From Bilabrum cf. latius (Eukaryota), in contig OZ237749.1 in the NCBI GenBank assembly GCA_965178125.1, positions 868,001 through 932,000 on the forward strand: 64,000 nucleotides of DNA. The letters are read 5' to 3'. Below the pieces are notes generated by a model. That model was not told the DNA's origin. It did no database searches and saw only the letters and a list, made by a program, of their open reading frames with translations. The first letter of the stretch is position 1. Each line of letters starts with the position of its first letter. Shown piece after piece: positions 58,080-64,000 of this stretch. The position numbers and the translations under genes were made by a program.

Positions 58080-61000
58080 TCAATCAAAGGCTGCCCAGTC
58101 CTCCTCGTCCTCTCCAGTTGCATCCCCACCGCTCGCAGGGGCCGAGGTTGCCGGCGCGTCATCTGCTTTCCCGCTGTCTTCGTCATCTCCGTTGAACGCA
58201 TCCCAGTCGTCACCATCGCCGCTGTCGCCATCCCCCAGATCCAAGTCGTCGTCGGCCGCGCCACCGGCCGGTGTATCGGCCGGAGCGGTACCTTTTGCAT
58301 CCTCTGCAGCCTTGCTTGGCGCACTGGGGGCTGCATCAGCCTTTTTTGCGTCCGTTCCATCGGCACCGGAGCTCTTGCTCTTGCCCTCGCCCTCGCCCTT
58401 GGCTTCGCCCTTGGCTTCGCCGCTTTTCTCGCCATTCGTGTTGTCCTCTGTAGCCTCCACTTCCGCTGTCGATTGCGGTGCTGCCTCTGGGGTTGCTGCC
58501 GCCGGCTGTGCAGCGGGCGGCTCGGGCGATGAGGAAGCAGCAGCGGCAGTAGGCGACTCGCTGTTGCTGGCGTCAGCCGCACCCCCGTTGCCTTCATCGC
58601 CCTCGTCGAAATCAGCGAAATCTGCGTCAAAGTCATCGTCGCCCCCATCATCTCCAGCGCTAGCTTCCCCCGCCGCGGCATCATTATCCTGCGTCGCAGA
58701 TGGTGTCTGCACCGCGGTGCCAGCCTCTGCGGCGATGACGTCAGCATCCGTGTCTGCACCTGTGTCCTTGCTCATCGCTGCCTAGCTCTCACTTGGCCCT
58801 TCGCTCCCAGCCTCGCTCGTCTTGCCATCATCACCGCCCGCTGGCTTGCTGTCTGCGTCAGCACTGCCGATGCCACCAGCGCTAGCATCATCAAAATCGA
58901 AATCGTCGCTGGGATCGGCCCCTGCATCGCCGCTAGGTTCACCCATGTCGCCAAACGGGTCTGCTTCATCGCCCGCCGCTGGTGCAGGTGCATCGGACTT
59001 CTCTGCCGTCCCGCTCCCAGCGCCATCGATCGCTGCAGAGTCTTCGAACCCTGCGTCAAAATCAACGTCGAAATCGTCGTCATCAGCCGGTGCCGGTGCC
59101 GGGGCTGGGGCCTGTGCGGGCACGGGCGCAGGTACAGGCGCAGGTACAGGAGCTGGTGTCGACGCAGCTGGTGCGGGTGCAGGTTCCTCCGCGGGTTGGA
59201 GCTCATCGAGAGCAGCGAAGCCGCCCATGTCCGAGCCGGCGCCCAAACCGCCCCCCTTACCGCTGGAAGGCCCGCTGCCACCATCATCGTCCCCAGCTCC
59301 GAGCAAACCGGCCGCCTCGGGGCCGGAGCGCTCCATGCCGGGATGCGGCAGGGACCCCCGGCTGCCGCTGCCTATGGCCTGGCTCGCCGCCTCTGCCGCG
59401 GCGGCGGTGACGTCCCTTGTCGCGCTCATCAGCTCTGCCTGCGCCCGCTGGCGCTCGCCCACCGCCCGGGAGTGCTGCTCCTTGGATCTGGACAGCTGAC
59501 TAGAGGCAGTGTCCCAGGCATCGCTGGCCTCACCCGCCACCTTGCGCGCCCCTGACAGCCGGTCCTTCTCGCGCTGTGCCTGCGCCTTGAGCTGCGCTGC
59601 CTTGGCCTTGGCCGCAGTCACCGCCAGTCGCAGCTCCTTGGCCACCTCCTCCTGCGCCGATGCGGCCTCCTGCAACGCCCGTGCCATCCCCGTCACCTCG
59701 CTGGCAGCGGAGGCGAGCTTGTCCGCCCGCCCCTGCTCCGCGTCTGCCGAGGCCCTCTGCTGCTCCCTGTCTGCCTCTGCTGAAGACGCCTCGCCCTGGG
59801 CGTGGCGCAGCTCCACCACAAGCGCCTTGAGCTCGGCTGCAAGCTCTGCGGTCTTGCCCTGCTCCTGCCGGGCGCCGCCCTCGGTCGAGTCTCTCCGCCG
59901 CCGCAACTCGTCGATCTGCGTGCGAACCTTGGTCAGCTCCCCGCGGATCCGGGTCTGCTCGGTCTTTTCCTCCTGTAGCCTCTCCTGCGCCAGCTCGATC
60001 TGCTTGGTCAGCACCTGGCGCTCACTCTCCAGCCGCTTCAGCTCGCCGTCCAGCTCAGAAGTGCGCTCCTGCTCGTCCTGCCCCTGCGCGTTGAGGGACT
60101 TGAGGTGGTCCTGCATCCCGTACTCGAGCTTCTTCGCAGATGAAACCGCGGCGTTTGCGGCGGCGGCGCTCATTGGCTGGGCGGCTGCCTGCGGCTGCGC
60201 CGCGGCAGACCCACCGACCGAGCCAGCAGTCCCTCGGGAGGCGTTCGAGGCGGTGCGGGCTCGGGTCGCACCTTGCACAGACCCCGCGCTCGGCATCCCT
60301 ATTCCGCTGGGCCTGCGCTGGTGCGGGGTTCCAGCCGCTGGGCCAGAGCCTGTAGAGCCCTGGTCGTTGCCGGTAGCACCGCGCTGCGGGGTTGTCTGGC
60401 CCACTGTACCCATGCCCGGCATGTTGCCGAAGCCGCTGCCGCCCGCACCCATTGTGCCCTGTCCTGGCCCTGCCACCCCCGGCAGGGACCTCATGCTGCC
60501 GGACCCACCGCTCGTGGCGTGGCCAGCGATGCCCGAGGCAGGGGACCCATTCGAGGCCACTGGAGCACTGCCAGGCTGCGGGCGCACCTGAGGCTCGGTT
60601 GGTGTCGGCAGCGGAGCTTGTACTGGGGGTGGGGCCTGGTCTGCGGCAGGAGCCGGGGCTGGAACAGGCGCCGGCGCTGGTTCTGGTTCCGGTGCCTCTT
60701 TGGCCAGTAGCGAGTCTGAATACTGGCTGAGTGCATCGGCCAGCGACATGGAGCCCGAATTGCCGGCGGTCGGGGCTGGGGCTGGAGCTGGGGCGGCTTC
60801 CGCAGGTGCAGGTGCAGGTGCTGCTGGTGCGGGCGTTGGTGCCGGTGCAGAGCGCAACATGGCAGCAGCAGCCCCGTCTGAGCCCACAGACGCTGGTGCG
60901 GGGCCCGACCCATCGTCAGTCGCGAGCTGTGCCAGTCCCGGCGAGAGGGAGGCGGGGATGTCCTTACCCCGCTTGCACATGGCGATGAGGTGCATGGCCA

Positions 61001-62022
61001 CGCAGAACTCCCCTCGCTTGAGCAGCCCGTCCTGGTTTACGTCCGATTTGACCCAGATCTGCCTCAGGATTGGCTTTCCCAGACCGCTCTTGGACATAAA
61101 CTCAACCGCGGCGCGACCGCCCAGCCCGCTGGAGTCTCCGCCCGCCATGGAGTACATCTGCTGGTATTTGCGCAGCTGTATGGGCGACGGGTCGTCTGCG
61201 CTGGAGCCCACGCTCCCGCTGCCAGCCCCAGCACTTCCCACGCTGCCAGGGCCAGTTCCAGCGGTCGGGGGCGGGGACGAGACGGAGCCCAGGCCAGGCG
61301 CCTGTGGCGTCTATCCGGCCGCTGGGGGCAGCACTACCCCGCTTATGACAGGCGGGGGCAATCGATCGAACGCAGTGGCAGTCAGAGTTGACTGTGTCAC
61401 GGGCTTCTGGCGCTGCGCCAGAGCGACAAGGCGCAGCGCCACCTTCATCTCGGCGTCGTTCAGCGAACTTGAGCCCTGTCGGGAGTTTGCGACGTTCCAG
61501 ACCTGCTTGAGGACCTGCCTCGGGAGTCCAGATCGCCCCAGAAACTGTACTACTTCCCTACCACCAATTTCGGCGGCCCCACTTGGATTCGCAGCCTGCG
61601 GAACGGTCATGACAATCGCTTCGCTGAGTGATGATACGAGAACAGGCGAAGACTGAGGCATCAAGGACAAATTGGCGACCATCAACGATAAAGACAACTA
61701 GGCAATGCCACTACTCCCGATGGCAGTCTACGGCAAAGGCATGCGATTGCAATGCAGCAAGATTCCACATACTGGGCACGTACCTTCACTAGTGCATCGT
61801 ACTACGGAGCCTCTGCAGGCGACGGTCGCCATACTGCGGGGATACCTTTAGTTAATTGGTGGCATGGCATTCTTTGTGTTTTACAAGCCTTTGGTCACAA
61901 CGTCGTGATGGAGGTGCCACGTCGATTGCTACGAGGCGTCCAATTGCCGCAACTCGATCCTTACAGGGCAAACCAGGACCACCTCGCCCGATAGCAACGG
62001 ACTGGAATTGACGTGAATCCAT
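58080..62022 (-). CDS. EH-domain endocytic adaptor (Eps15/synergin-like): two EH domains, coiled coil, acidic DFxDF/DPF/WxxF tail
   Basis: EH1 IGGREVVQFLGRSGLPRQVLKQVWNVA; EH2 AVEFMSKSGLGKPILRQIWVKSDVNQDGLL..EFCVAMHLI; coiled coil. TAG at 61311 and 58782; ends WAAFD-TGA. The 5' exons (introns ~61596..61783 and ~61834..61964) are inferred. Confidence 0.85.
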
Positions 62023-62188
62023 TAAATCCAGAGACTTGTCGCCAAAGTCCTTATATTTAAAGGGCAACGCGGATCCTGGTTGCGATAGTAACGTGATGTT
62101 ATTGTTCAGGAGCTAGCCGACGCTTGGAGGCCCTCAAGGGAACGCGAACAACTTGTAGCAGCTATCCAACAAATTGACGGCCGTATAA

Positions 62189-64000
62189 ATGCCTCGGACT
62201 CGATCTGGGACGCGGTCATCGAAGGCAGATAGCCCGCATGCCGGCGCCAAGAAGCAGGCTCGTGGAGCACCGATAGATTTGCACAAGCAGCGCCGATTGG
62301 TGGACTATGGCAAGTGTTTCAGAGCATTGAGGCATCCTGAGTCATGGTCATGCACCTAGTCCGGGACTACAGAGGATGTGGTGCTGCTGCTAGGTACTGG
62401 ACAAGTGTCTAGCTACTCAGATGCGAGTGTGCCATCAAACGGTTGCCGCTTGGCACTGCGGCTGGGTGAACGCCCTTTCAATATCATTGACTTGACAGAT
62501 GGACAGCCCATCGATGTCTCCGTCGAACGCACCGGTCTTCTCCAGAAAATGCGAATTCGCTGCGCTGCCCTCCAACGAACGGTGCTCGGGTCCGCGGCAG
62601 GCACCGGGTTGGGCGGCAAAGAGAGCCCTTGGGAGCACCTTAGAAGGTACGTTAGGCTATTTAGCCTGCCATTCTTCAAGGCGGAGAGCCTTCGGAGGCG
62701 CCGGCTCGACGACCTGCGTGCAGCTGCCGAGCTGGAAGAGGGCGAGCAATCCGAGGGATCAACCGCCAGTGGCAGTGGCGGCGAGTCTGAAACTGGGTCC
62801 GCAGCTGCAGGAATGTCACAGGAAGACGAGCAGCTGCAGTCTGTTCTTGAGCAGGAGCAGGCCACGCTGAAGCGCATCCTCAAGAAGTCGACCGAATACC
62901 GCCACGAGGCAGGCAGCAAGCGAGCCTCCTCCTCCTCCTCCTCCACCTCCTCTTCCTCCTCATCCTCGTCGTCGTCATCGGGGAAAGCGCCCAAGCAGGC
63001 AAGAGGCCCCACCCCGCCAGGATTCACGGGCCTCCGTAACCTCGGCAACACGTGCTACATGAACAGCACCCTGCAGTGCCTCTCGTCCTGCGTTCCTCTG
63101 AGGCGGCTGCTCTTCGCCTGGAGGCCGCCAATCGTCACGTCGTACGAGGAATACCTGGGCGGCATGGCGGCCACGGGGCAGCCGTACGGAATGTTTAGAG
63201 CTGCCTCCATCGGAATGCAAGATGGTGTCTCCGAGCCACTCGGCGGCGATGCGGGGCGGGGCTAGAGTGCAGGTGAGGCAGGTGAGGCAGCCGAGAGCCC
63301 CGCGCTGCAGGCGGTAGGGAACGAGGAGTCGGCGTCTCTGCTGACAGCGCCCAAGATGCTGCGGCTACCAAGTGAAGTGGTCAGGGCCTTTGAATTCGGC
63401 GGGGGACTCAGGGGCGGCTCCACGCCGGCTGCTTCTCTTGACGGCGCGGACAGGCCTGCATCATCTGCCCCTGCCCCTGCTTCCTCTTCATCCTCGTCCA
63501 AGGGGGACAGCAAGACCAGACAGGCCTCTACTGGCACCAAGTCGAGCATCGGCACAGACAGGGACTCGCAGAGAGACGTGCAGGGGTCAGACCTCGCGTC
63601 TGTACCCCTGGGCTCTGCAGTGCACGGGTCGCTCAGTCGCCTGTGGATGCCTGCCAGGCTACCCATCTACACGCCGCAGGCCCTCTTGTCGACGGTGTGG
63701 AGGAGCCTTCCGCGATTTGCGGGTTTCAGGCAGCACGACGTGGACGAGTTCCTGCGGGGCGTGCTCGAGCGGCTGGACGAGGAGCTGAGGGCAGCAGCGG
63801 GATTCGGTCAGGCAGGCAAGGGTGGGGCCAAATCTGGCTCATCCTCATCCTCGTCGTCGGCTGCGGCGGCTGCGGGCGGCCAAGGCGAGAGCGAGGCGCC
63901 ATCGACTCCCGTTGCGTCAATGTTTACACACGAGACGGTACGGAGGGTACGGTGTCGAGCGTGCGGGCACGTGTCGGCAACGAGGAGCTCTGCAATCGGG
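62189..64000 (+). CDS. Ubiquitin-specific protease (C19/USP family), 5' part
   Basis: Cys box GLRNLGNTCYMNSTLQCL and FAGFRQHDVDEFL..LERL in one frame across TAG 63263; ATG 62189; runs off the window end. Confidence 0.88.

Noticed and set aside
1-64000. A cluster of pseudogenes with premature stops
   Set aside because: The interruptions are only TAG, with no frameshifts or internal TAA/TGA found, and catalytic motifs and splice sites are intact in many unrelated essential genes.
1-64000. Pyrrolysine insertion or leaky programmed readthrough at TAG
   Set aside because: Pyrrolysine is known only from prokaryotes. There are many TAGs per gene, including tandem pairs, with no shared downstream context, and they map to Gln positions.
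1-64000. Suppressor tRNA(CUA), rRNA, transposon or endogenous virus genes
   Set aside because: I recognised no cloverleaf, rRNA, transposase, integrase, capsid or terminal-repeat signature by eye; tRNAscan-SE and repeat searches are needed to exclude them.

Overview
Gene-dense, GC-rich eukaryotic nuclear DNA with canonical GT-AG introns, probably from a flagellated protist (it has a radial spoke gene and an AP2 domain; a stramenopile-like identity is only a guess). The main signal is a non-standard nuclear genetic code. The ORF track is broken into fragments, but consecutive fragments of each gene lie in one frame and are separated only by TAG. TAG sits at conserved Gln positions (the SNARE zero-layer Q, the sulfatase GYxxQ, the calmodulin LGQ) and alternates with CAG in a Gln-Gly repeat. 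Genes end at TGA or TAA. The best reading is UAG=Gln with UAA and UGA kept as stops. Under that code the window resolves into about 20 intact genes: a ZZ-AP2-PHD chromatin protein, a CCCH/Schlafen-AlbA_2/PDZ protein, a ~3,860-aa NEK kinase, syntaxin, an EF-hand protein, a Na+/H+ exchanger, a pectin acetylesterase-like protein, OSCA/TMEM63, an ankyrin-JmjC protein, a DDX21-like helicase, RSP4/6, a sulfatase, a divergent eIF5A, GH127, an EH-domain protein, a USP deubiquitinase and several hypothetical proteins. All family calls come from motif recognition by eye; no database searches were run.
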